Part shown: piece by piece, positions 50,733 to 64,000 of the stretch | How the letters are laid out: the number at the start of each line of letters is the position of its first letter | Position numbering within the stretch: the first letter of the stretch is position 1 | Source of the DNA: Octopus vulgaris | Taxonomy: Eukaryota | Length of the DNA: 64,000 bases | Direction of reading: 5' to 3' | Assembly: GCA_951406725.2 (NCBI GenBank) | Contig: OX597817.1 | Span: 109,926,001-109,990,000 of the forward strand | Position numbers and translations under genes: made by a program | Notes under the pieces: generated by a model | What the model saw: the letters and a program-made list of their open reading frames with translations, nothing else | The model's database searches: none | Told to the model about the DNA's origin: nothing

Positions 50733-51656
50733 GCTACACACACAGCTGTTAAGTATTTTGGATAATATTATTAGTAGTAGGTTCTAACTCACCTAACTCT
50801 CAGTGGTTGTCCCCTATTCAACCTTTTTAGTTATATGAGTAACTGAATTACATCAAAAATTTATAATATGAATTTACTTTTCTGGATATGTGTGAGCTTT
50901 ATGCTTTTAACAATCTTAACAATGGAATGAATTTGAAAACATAACCGAAATCTTTAACAAAATGAACAAAGTAATGAAATTTCATCATCATCATTATCAC
51001 CAGCATCATCATTGTTGTCATAATTTTGTGTCCGCTTTCCATGTTGCCATAGATCGGGCTGGCCATCATGGCTCAAATCATTTCTCGTTTAGAATTACTA
51101 CCCTTTTGATGGATCACAAGACAACAGACATTATTTCTATAGCTTGACGCTCTTCCTAATACCAACCACAACCCATACTAACTGATATAAAATATATATA
51201 CCTATATATATTGGTCCTTCAAATACACAGAATTATAATGATAAAATAGCTGGTTTTTTAAATTAGGGCCCCTTTCTTAATCTAGGCCTAACTGAGAATT
51301 CTTTATAACATCTGCTACATGTTCAGAACTAACTTCATCCGCTCATGCCTTCAACATATTTTAGTAAACTTAATAAATCAATATCTGTCTTTCTTTATAT
51401 GTACATTTATATTTATTCATAACCACACATCTGCATTCCATGTGTAACAGGTTTCATAGTGACCTGGTTTTCTCTCCAGGTTGTTGATGTTTCATTTCAA
51501 ATCTGATGACAATTCCATGTGAAAGAGAACATGACCATGACAAAATGCCACCACTTGCTTACCAGCCATCACAAATCCATTGATTGCTCGGCAAACTGTG
51601 CACTTTTGATAATGAAAAATGAAGCAACTATTTTATTTATTTTTAATATACACATA

Positions 51657-52052
51657 GGCACAGGAGTGGCTGTGTGGTAAGTAGCTTGCTTACCAACCAC
51701 ATGGTTCCGGGTTCATTCCCACTGTGTGGCACCTTGGGCAAGTGTCTTCTACTATAGCCTCGGGTCGACCAAAGCCTTGTGAGTGGATTTGGTAGACGGA
51801 AACTGGAAGAAGCCCGTCGTATATATGTATGTATATGTGTATATGTTTGTGTGTCTGTGTTTGTCCCCCGACCATTGCTTGACAACCGATGATGGTGTGT
51901 TTACGTCCCCGTAACTTAGCGATTCAGCAAAAGAGACTGATAGAATAAGTACTGGGCTTACAAAGAATAAGTCCTGGGGTCAATTTACTTGACTAAAAGG
52001 TGGTGCTCCAGCATGGCCGCAGTCAAATGACTGAAACAAGTAAAAAAAAAAA
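51657..52052 (+). mobile_element. Family-B SINE, near full length
   Basis: Head, body and tail match 28657-29056. Confidence 0.92.
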
Positions 52053-53930
52053 AGCTGGTTGAAAGAAACTCATCCATCAGTAAATCACGTGTGTGTGTGC
52101 GTGTTTATATAAACAGTATCATAGACCCAGTTCAGTCGATTTTACTAATCAGTCTCATACATGACAGTTTGAGAAAACCAATCTCAGCACTCATCAGAAG
52201 GACTGGTAGGTAGAGTAAGGTGCCAATGAAGGGCAGAAAATGCCATGTCCAGTATTATGGATGTCGTAAAAAAAACCTGGGGAAAAAACCTAGTGAGGAT
52301 ACTTTTATTCATTAGAGTTATGTCCCTTCAGTAGGGTCCAAGAAAATACCATCATGATGTATGTGGTAATTGCCTCTAAGTGGAGTTGAGGATGGGATGA
52401 GGGTATGATAGGATTGATGTGTTGTATGCAGAGGGTGAAGGAAGTGCAGATGGGAGAAGTGTCAGTCTTAAAATCATATGTGGCTATGTACATGTTTGTA
52501 TATACATAAAGATACATTCCCACATGATTATGTGTGTTTGTACATAAAGCTTGGTGAAGAAAACTTTATGTCAAACTCACGGATTGTGGTGAAGGGATAT
52601 CCCAATGATAGAAGCTATAATGTTTATATTCATGGTGCAGTCTACCAGTATCCAAGGTTATATCTGCATTCATAGGAGTAGGATCAGAAAAATTCATTTT
52701 TACAGTTCAAGCAGGCATCTGGGTAAATATAGTTCTCTAGTATAACTCTTTTCTCTGCAAAGCAGAGCCTACACCTTCTACTGCCACTAAAATAAGGTTT
52801 GCACCGCTCCAGTACTTTTCACTTGATGTTGTACTCTGGTAGGTAGAGCAAGTTTTACCTAATTTGATACAGTGGACTTTTTATATCAAGGGATTACATA
52901 TATGGGACGCTGGAGTTCACTAGGGCCTACACTGAGATTAGAATGACGGCATAGACATTATTGCACATGAACGAAAAACCTCAATCTTCATCAATGGGTT
53001 AGAGCTTTTGCCAGATGAACTGACCTGAGATGCACCTTCAAAGTAGTGATTGGGAACAGCTGACAGTACTGATGTGAGTGACCTCACTGGCATTTTTATC
53101 CAGAATGTACTAAATAAGAAGTTCCCTTCAACTAGCTTTGGCCACTACAGAGACTATGCTGCAGTGCTTTGGCAACATTGAGCTGTGTTATTAGAAGTCC
53201 AATTTACAACCACATGGTTTTGGGTTCAGTCCCAGTATACAATACTTCCTGCAAGTATCTTCTACTACAGGCCAAAGCTGACCAATGCTCTGTGAATGAA
53301 TTAGGTAGACAGGAACTAGTGCTGGATTGTTTACATCAACAAAAGAGACAAATGGAATAAGTACCAGACTTAAAAATAAAAACTGGGGTCTATATGTTAG
53401 ACTGACCCCCTCAGGGCAATGTCCCAGTATGGTTGCAGTCCAATGACTGAAACAAGTAATAGAAAAAAAATGTAAGATATATATGCATTTTTATTCTTTC
53501 ATTAACCAGAACAATAGCAACAGTAAAATACTTATCCATTGTACAGTCACTTCTATTGATGAACTGCACCTTGCACCATAGCATTTCTTAACAGCTAAGT
53601 AGACAGAACCATTGCAAGTTAAGCATATTTTTTTTTCATGTTACTGCTGCAGTCACAGGAGACTGAACTTTTAACAGTTTGAGCCAGTAGGTGGTATGAA
53701 CAGTGTATACTGTTGCTTTTGTATTATTTTGTCATATATTATAATTATCATTTATTTACTTTTTTTTTCCATTATAAGGTCAAACTTTGCTTCTCTGGTA
53801 TTTTCAATACCTGAAATATTTATGAGGCCATTTCTATATTTTTGATTTATAATTTTATCTGCAATAATACAAGCCTGTGTGTGTGTGTGTGTATGTGTAC
53901 ACACAAATATATAAAATATATATATATATA

Positions 53931-53969
<39 letters not shown>

Positions 53970-53982
53970 TTTAAGCCCTGCC

Positions 53983-54040
<58 letters not shown>

Positions 54041-54043
<3 letters not shown>

Positions 54044-54893
54044 TCATCATCATCATCATCATTTAGCGTCCGTTTTCCATGCTAGCATGGGTTGGACGGT
54101 TCAACTGGGGTCTGGGGAGCCCGAAGGCTGCACCAGGCCAGTCAGATCTGGCAGTGTTTCTACAGCTGGATGCCCTTCCTAACGCCAACCACTCCGAGAG
54201 TGTAGTGGGTGATTTTATGTGCCACCGACACAGGTGCCAGACGAGGCTGGCGAACGGCCACGCTCGGATGGTGTTTTTATGTGCCACCGACACAGGTGCC
54301 AGACGAGGCTGGCAGACGGCCACGCTCGGATGGTGTTTTTATGTGCCACCGACACAGGTGCCAGATGAGGCTGGCGGACGGCCACGATCGGATGGTGTTT
54401 GTTACGGAGGCCAGTCTATGCGGTACTGGCTACGGCCATGTTCGGATGATTTTCTTGTGTGCCACCGGCACTGGTACCACAAAGATACAAATTCCATTGA
54501 TGTTCATCTATTTTGATTTGATTTGATTTTTGATTTTCACTTGCCTCAACAGGTCTTCACAAGTGTCACAAGAAGGAAGGTATGCACAGGTGGATTGACT
54601 ACGTCCCAGGTAGGGGCCACGGGTTATGGCCTCACTAGTCTTGCCGGGTCTTCGGATGGTGTTTTTATGTGCCACCGACACAGGTGCCAGATGGGGCTGG
54701 CGAACGGCCACGACCGGATGGTGTTTGTTGCGTGCCCACAGCACGGAGGCCAGTCGATGCGGTACTGGCTACGGCCACGTTCGGATGGTTTTCTTGTGTG
54801 CCACTGGCACTGGTACCACAAAGATACAAATTCCATTGATGTTCATCTATTTTGATTTGTTTTGATTTGATTTTCTGATTTGATTTGATTTTC
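54041..54893 (-). mobile_element. RTE 3'-UTR-only copy with expanded 61-bp tandem repeat, flanked by (TA)n
   Basis: (CAT)n plus CCATGCTAGCATGGGTTGGA shared with 31141-31400. Unit ATGTGCCACCGACACAGGTGCCAGA.. occurs three times in tandem and once more; a larger block is duplicated. Confidence 0.88.
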
Positions 54894-54924
54894 ATATATA
54901 TATGTATAAATAAATATATATATG

Positions 54925-55010
<86 letters not shown>

Positions 55011-55083
55011 AGCTACAAATTTTCAATTTGTTGTGTTTCTTTAAAAGATAGACAGACAGACACATACAGACAGATAGATATAG

Positions 55084-55264
55084 ATAGACATGGCTGGTCA
55101 ATGGGGTTACCCTGGGTTTCACATCCAGAAATGTTCGGCTTTTCAGCATTTCTTCAATGCTAAAACCCATAAGCCAATGGGATTTAGGATCTGAAGAAAC
55201 GCTGTAAAGTTGTGAGATTTATGGATGTGAAACCTAGGGTAACCCCATAGACCACCATATCTAT
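55084..55264. mobile_element. 181-bp foldback/MITE-like element
   Basis: ATGGGGTTACCCTGGGTTTCACATCCA pairs with TGGATGTGAAACCTAGGGTAACCCCAT; pairing continues to the CCCAT-aagcca-ATGGG apex. Confidence 0.8.
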
Positions 55265-55340
55265 TTTTATCAATATACTCTACTACTGCATAACTTGATA
55301 TGTGCTTCTTTTTTGGATTTATGATTTACTGATGATATAT

Positions 55341-55372
<32 letters not shown>

Positions 55373-55425
55373 GTATATATATATATATATATACATATAT
55401 ATATGTATGCATGTATATATATGTG

Positions 55426-55459
<34 letters not shown>

Positions 55460-55472
55460 TATATGTATGTAG

Positions 55473-55515
<43 letters not shown>

Positions 55516-55557
55516 GTGTGTGTGTGTATACATATACATACATATGTGAGTGTATGT

Positions 55558-55594
<37 letters not shown>

Positions 55595-56583
55595 CACTCA
55601 CACACACACACACACACAAGCACACACACTGACATTTAATCCGCAACTGAAGCTGCAGGAAAAACTTTAAGGTAGCTTTGGATTAAGAGTTGATCCTTGG
55701 ACTGTTGCTGTTGCAATACAAGCCAGAATCTGATCAACTCCTGCTGGGTCTGAACAAGGCATCATCTGATTACATCAATGACGATCTGTCCTAGTTCTTA
55801 GATGAACTGGTCATGAATTAGGTATCTTGCACATACATGTGTGCATGTGTGTGTGTGTGTATGTGTGTGCCTTTTTTCTCTTTTTCTTGTTTCAGTTACT
55901 TGGGTGTAGCCATATTGGAACATCAACTTGAAAGGTGTAATCAAACAAGATGACCCCCAGTAATAATAGTTTTTTTTTCAGCCTGATACTTATTCTGTCA
56001 ATCACAGTTTTAGCTGAGCTGCTAAGTTTCAGAAATGTAAATAAACCAACACTGGTTGTCAAGTGGTGGTAGTGGGGGACATACACAAACGTAAAAATGT
56101 AAACACACACACACACACACACAGACACACACAGACACACACACACGCACACACACACACACATACACACATACACACACACACACATCACATGCACATA
56201 CACACAAATACATGGCCACAGCTCGTGAATTGAAACTAGATAAAATATAAAATATACAATATAAATATAAAATATAAATGCACGCACACACACACACATG
56301 GACTGCACACCTGTACACACACACAAAACATTATTCTTTTATTTACATTATTCTTTTATTCCTATTCATTTATTCTTCTTACTAAAATCATCATTAGACT
56401 GTAACACAAAAATTTTAATCAATTATTCTGTATCATCCACAATATTTAATCTACTAATTTTAGCATTCTCTGTTTATCAAATGGCTGAGTTAAACTATTT
56501 TTAGTGAATTTCCTCTCTTTAGTAAAATAAATACTTTTATCAGTATAGAGAAACATAGACACATATGTGCACATACATCCACA

Positions 56584-56656
56584 CGGTCTGGGAATCGAAA
56601 CCGCGATCCTCCGACCATGAATCCACTGCCCTAACCACTGGGCCATTGCGCCTCCA
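56584..56656 (-). mobile_element. Isolated tRNA-like SINE head
   Basis: GGAGGCGCAATGGCCCAGTGGTTAGGGC...GGTTTCGATTCCCAGACCG; no acceptor stem closure. Confidence 0.65.
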
Positions 56657-57461
56657 CACACGCACATATATGTATGTATACATGCGTTAGTGTATGCTTT
56701 ATATTTATGTTATACATATGTCTGTATGCAAATGTGTATGTGTTATGCATGTGTCTATGTGTATTTACTTGTATGTGTGCCCGGGTGCATTTGCATACAT
56801 TCACATATGCAGAAAAAAAAAAAAAAACACATTCACATATCCATAAATAAATGTACATTTAAACATACTGTAGTAACTGAAATGAGAATACTTAATCACA
56901 TACATATGGTTACCATACATTTATTCATCTCAAATACTTATTATTATTTTAGTAATACAGTAACTAAATTAAGAAGTACTAAATATGCATGTAATATATG
57001 GACCAATGTGGTGTGTGTGTGTATGTATGTGTGTGTGCGTGTGTTAGTTGTAATTTAGCTTAGTTATGTGCAGATCAAGCTGACCTTTAGTCAAAGGAAT
57101 TCTAGCAATGACCATCTACAATTTTTCAGAAAGGAAATCTATAGCCAAGTTATTCAATGATTCATCCCATTTTCTAAGATGTGATTTGCATGGATATGTC
57201 TTGCCATACGTTGTATATCAAAATTACCACAGTGTGGTTCCATAGCTAGTTCGTCTATATAATAGCTATGTATCTTATGCACTGAAAAGACAAATATCTT
57301 ACATTTTAAATAGATAAGCATAAGAAAATATATATGCATCTTTATTACAAATATACACTAGTATGTATTGTAAAACAATGTGTGTATGTGTATGCGTGTG
57401 TGCATATTTATATATATATACATACATACATACATATATACATATATGTCTGTGTGTGTAT

Positions 57462-57599
<138 letters not shown>

Positions 57600-57985
57600 T
57601 ATATTTATACATACATACACACATATATATATACACACACACATACACACCTACATATATACCATATATACATACATATGGATGGATGGCTGGATGGATG
57701 GACGGACGGATGGACAGACAGACGGACATTAAAAAGTTGCTCTTTCGAATGAGATATCTTAACAGTTAACCATTGCTTAGAACTAACAAACCTCATATGA
57801 ATCCATGTATATCTAACTTCAAATGAGATTATTAAATATAATTTGTTCTAAGATTTTCATTTAGAATTATAAACATTTGAATATATTACAGAGTTTATAG
57901 CTGAGAACAAAATAAAATAAAGCATTCAGCAAAGATGTTACAATAAAAAGTTTAACCAAATCTATTTTATTCTCTTCTCAATTAC

Positions 57986-58031
<46 letters not shown>

Positions 58032-58265
58032 ACACACATACAAACATATATACATAAATATATGTACATATACATAAAGATACACACACACACACATATA
58101 TATATACAAATACACATACAAACATATATACATGTATATATATACATACATACATATATATATATACACACACATAAATATATATATATATATTTATATT
58201 TATATATACATACACACCCATATATACTTACACATACATACATATATACGTACATACATACATAC

Positions 58266-58326
<61 letters not shown>

Positions 58327-60314
58327 CTTGTATATATAAATACATAAACTAACTCTGATACCTATAGTGCAACTGATACTTTCATTCATATGAAAGTATA
58401 CATGTGAGTATGAATGTGAGTGCGTATACACACACGTGCACATACACACACACATAGATATATATTTGCATATGTGTATATATGTGTGTGTGTGAGTGCA
58501 TGTGGGTGGGTGTGTGTGCGTGTGAATGTGTTTCTTAATATATATATATATATATAAACACAATATCTTTCATACATCAGTTTGCTACATGTTATGCATG
58601 TGTTTATGTATACGGAATAAGTGTTTATAACGTTGTTATTATGCAAATCAGTAGGTTACATGCAAATTAATTAAAGGCTTTAGCTAGAAATTATTCCTAT
58701 ATTCTCTTGCTGACTAAGTGATCCCTACATGAAAACCAATTTTTTTTATTTTTTGTTTTTCTCATTTTCATATTTCTAGTTTTATTTGTGTGCTTTTTCT
58801 TCTCTTTCGCTGATAAAAGAAATACAACCGTGTAAGTGCAAGTGTTGGTGTGTGTGTGTGTGTTTGTATATGTGTGTGCCTGTTTGTGTTTGCAAATGAG
58901 TATGTTTGTTCTTAAAAGCAACTGTCTTGAAATCAATTATTTCTTTGTAATATAAACAAAAGGCTGAATACTGCCAAGATACATACATACACACACATAT
59001 ATGTATGTATGTATGTATGTATAAGTATATGTATTATACATACTTATTCATCCAGATGCATGCACATAAAACTGAGCATCACTATTGTATGCTATGCTTC
59101 TGCCTGTGAAAAAAGAGACATATACGGAAACCTGGCCTCAATATCTTTCACTCCTGTCTTGCCTTTGATTATGGTGACATTCTCCTCTGCTTGCTTGATG
59201 TTACAGCTTCTTGTTGCTAAGCAACTCGGCAGTTGAATCATTCCTGCCTCCTGTTGTCTGTTGTGAGAAGCTCAATAATTTATGTTTTTCCAGTCCACTG
59301 AGGACTTGATCAGTCAACCAGCTCCTTCACCCTCGATTCCAGCAGCTATCAGCAGCAATAGCAACAACAACAGCAGCAGCAGCAATAACAGATGCAGAAG
59401 CAGCAGCAGTAGCAGCAACAGTAGTGGCAATAGTAGCAGTCGGAACAAACACAGCAGCAACAACAGCAACACTATAGGAATGGATTTACAAGAGTGCATC
59501 ATAATTTAATTATGTTTAATTATTTCTCAATAATTCTCACCCACCTTCCCAGATAACTATTTCTGGTTACTGGAATAGCAGGCATTCCTATCACTGGAAT
59601 GCTGACTTAATGGTGAAAATCCTTCACCAAATCTATACACAGCTTTCGCACTGATCACTTCCTTTCTGGAGGGAAAAGAAGAAGAAAAAGAAGAAAGGGA
59701 AAAAGAAAAGCAAAGAAAAGACACTCCCAGATATAGAAAGGAACAACAGTGGTTGCTGAAAGTTCCGGAAAGGATTTCTTAATTGATGCTATTCTTTTCG
59801 GTAATTACATTTTCGTCAACATATCAAGCAGACTAACAGGTACACATAGATATAAACACACATATACATACACGCACATATATATTTGTAATATATTTTT
59901 ATATATGTATATATATATGTGTGTACATTGAACACAGAGTGATACAGATTGAATCTGATTCTGAATACAAATATTTATAAATATATCAGCTAGATAATCA
60001 GAAATTCTCTTTTGAATCAAAAATTTGCTTCTGGTTTAATACCAGTCTAACATGTGAATAGAAAGTGAAACTAAGGAAGAAACAACAGACTCAAAGAAAA
60101 AACTGGAAAACCAGCAGCAACAAAAGAAGGTAGCTAGTTGTTCATGAAAGAATCAACAGCAACCAAGCAGGGTGTAGGATTTTCCTTTATCTGAAGAACT
60201 TACATGCTTAAAAAAACCGGTGTTTGTTAGCATAGTATCAGGTCCAGTAAAGTAAGAGAAAGACAAAAGAAAAAAATTCTAAAAGAAATTCATTAATTAT
60301 AATATATTTATATT

Positions 60315-60348
<34 letters not shown>

Positions 60349-60732
60349 AAGGATAAAATTTGAGTTAGCAAAGGGACATCATCACTAACAACAATAATAA
60401 CAAGAACAACACCAAAACCAGCAGCAACGAAAATCAAAATCCTCAAGAACAAGAAAAACAGCAACAACAACAACAATACATCAACAATCATCACTCCATT
60501 TATTGCTGAAGAAATCAGGGCTAGAAAGAAGTTTGCCTGTGTAAAGTATTTATCTCACACAGCATGGAGCGGAAAGTCCCTCCAGCTAACGCACAACAGA
60601 TTCCACCAGAACAAGTAAATAAATCACATTTTCTTACTAATGTTTTGAGATTGGTAGTTGTTGATAGTGTTGGAAAAAAATATACATGAAAGAAAGAAAC
60701 ACCAACTATCTTGGTTCTTAATCATGTTACAA

Positions 60733-60734
<2 letters not shown>

Positions 60735-60818
<84 letters not shown>

Positions 60819-60869
60819 CATACATACATACATATATATATATATACATACATACATATATATATACAT

Positions 60870-60910
<41 letters not shown>

Positions 60911-60963
60911 CATACATACATACATATATATATATATACATACATACATATATATATACATAC

Positions 60964-61002
<39 letters not shown>

Positions 61003-61022
61003 CATATATATACATTCATATA

Positions 61023-61076
<54 letters not shown>

Positions 61077-61119
61077 CATACATACATACATATATATACA
61101 TTCATATATACATATATAT

Positions 61120-61153
<34 letters not shown>

Positions 61154-61165
61154 GCATACACATAC

Positions 61166-61204
<39 letters not shown>

Positions 61205-61242
61205 ATGACACACATATATTTATATATATGTATGTATATATA
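60735..61242. repeat. (TA)n/(TACA)n microsatellite block
   Basis: Direct reading; similar blocks at 54894-55010, 55335-55630, 57380-57725, 57985-58345 and 61968-62110. Confidence 0.95.
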
Positions 61243-61962
61243 ATGTAGTTACTGGTCAATTTTGTTTTATTTCTCTACAATTTTCATTAAATATTTTACT
61301 GGCATTTATTTTTCTTACCACTCCATCCATTAATGTATCTCTATGTTACCACATAATTACCCACCGACCTATCTACTCACCTACCCATCTACTCACCTAC
61401 CCTACTTCCCTAACATAACAAGGAACCGACTCTCTACCTATGTGCCATACCCATCGAACTGCCTGCCTTTATTTTTGCTGGTGTGTCAACCTAAAAGAGT
61501 GAGGGAAGGTAAATATGTGTTAATGAGGGAACCTCTAAGTGGTTGCTGGTTCAACATGCTAGAAAAAGCAACAAAATCCCTCTCTCTTTCTCTCTCTCTC
61601 TCACATACACATCAAGCACTTACAATTTTCAGGAAAAAATAATACCCTCAGTTAATGTAGTACTAGATACACCATTGTCTCAAACAAGATGGGATAGTCA
61701 GAACTGACTTGGAGAGGAACAACAACAATAACCTAGAAACAACATAGGAACCTGTCTTACAATTTATTTGTGCACAAACACATGCATACATGTATAATAC
61801 ATATATATACATGCAATTACATATATATATATACATAAATTCATATATGCATGCATACATACAGAAACAGGTTGATGAAATTCATAATACAATCAAATTT
61901 GAAGACAGTGTCCCAAGATGATTGAGACCTGGAGAAGGAAGCAATCCATCCATACATACAGC

Positions 61963-62021
<59 letters not shown>

Positions 62022-62415
62022 TATAATATATGTATGGTAATGGATATTTATACACACACACACACATGCACATGCACACACACACACACACACACACACG
62101 TGTGTGTGCATAGGGAAGTGTTTAAGGAAAAGCAGGTAAAAGGTGTGGTAATGAAATGGATAAATGGGTAAAATGATTATACACACAGAAAACATGAAAG
62201 AAATTTCAAAGGAATAGTTGTAACTGAAAGATCTAAGAACATATTTGTACATATACACGAATGTGTATATGTATGTATATTTGTTAGTATGCATGTATGT
62301 AAGTTTGTATGTATGCATGCATGTATGTATGTACATACATATGACTGTAGCATTCATATATACTTTAATGCAAAGGTGTGTATATGTTTATCTATATATG
62401 TATTTGTACATATAC

Positions 62416-62481
<66 letters not shown>

Positions 62482-62867
62482 GTACCTCCTTATCAACTAC
62501 TATACTGTATCCTTTCTAAATCCACTTGCTCGTTTTTCTCCCTGCCTGTTATTCCTACCAACTTCATCCTTATCTAAATATTTATACACCTTCTTATTTA
62601 ACTAAATGTGTTTCTCTACTAGCTTTTCTGCCGGTTCGAAGTGAAGTGTATTTATTTCGGTGCCAGACCTGTGTAGTGTAGTGTAGTGTGTGTGATAGTG
62701 AATTAGGTTATGTGGAGTATGTATATTAGTGTATGTATTTATGTATGGGAACCAGCTTAATTTATTATTCATACTGAAGTGCTTATTCTTTTTTGATTCA
62801 AATATGTATTGGTCAGAGTATCCTTTCCTCTTAAGTACTGTCATAATATCCTAATTACTTTTCCTCA

Positions 62868-63469
<602 letters not shown>

Positions 63470-63608
63470 TGCAATGCATCTTCTAGAAGTAACAGGTGTA
63501 AGATAATGAAATTCATTACACAATTTCATTTATATAATTTCTTATTATACTTTTTATTTGTTTAATGCCATTTTTTGAAGCATATGTATATTGAGTTCTA
63601 TGCCTAAG

Positions 63609-63657
<49 letters not shown>

Positions 63658-64000
63658 TACATAATCATATATGCAACCACACACACATACACACATCTAC
63701 AGAATAGATAGATAGACAGATAAATAGATAGGTAGGTATACATACAGACATATGGAGTGAGGCAGTAATTTCAATCAGTAATTTCAATCCAAAGATCCAT
63801 ATTTCTTGTTGGATTTTTGGTGGGTTGGAAAATTACTGTGGGATAAATGCCTGTTTTTATTTACCTCCCACTAAGTCCCCACTCCCTCCAAAGATGTGCT
63901 GCCAGAATAAGCATCTTACTCTACTTTTCACATGTCTTTCCGATTACAGATGACAATAGGGGAATTTCGATTTCGTCATTGTACAGCGCACTTACAGTCT

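Noticed and set aside
52640-53130. Possible decayed mariner-like fragment
   Set aside because: No diagnostic motif or TIR could be read reliably.
54218-54400. CRISPR-like periodic repeats
   Set aside because: Near-identical 61-bp tandem units with no unique spacers and no cas genes; part of an RTE 3' UTR.
56584-56656. tRNA gene (also 7502 and 38900)
   Set aside because: A/B boxes are present, but there is no closed cloverleaf or poly-T terminator; these are SINE heads.

Overview
AT-rich, microsatellite-saturated eukaryotic DNA with no recognisable host protein-coding gene. The SINE families, RTE 3' ends and (TA)n/(CA)n/(TACA)n load suggest an Octopus (cephalopod) genome; this is inference. 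Nearly all ORFs in the track are microsatellite or SINE artefacts. The only recognisable coding sequence is transposon-derived: a 5'-truncated RTE LINE with an internal PHD-type finger, two other RTE fragments, a mariner N-terminal fragment, and an integrase remnant in a 1.2-kb internally deleted Gypsy element with both LTRs. Also present are three or more tRNA-derived SINE families, two non-autonomous Helitrons, Helentron/HINE-like elements, MITEs and several foldback elements. The most striking signal is a set of about 10 minimal type-I hammerhead-ribozyme-like motifs in Penelope/retrozyme-like non-coding units. The best is a young 362-bp tandem-plus-inverted unit (29166-30158) with three copies of a U3-A8 core-variant hammerhead, which predicts a self-excising 362-nt RNA that may circularise. 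All coordinates and identities were read by eye.
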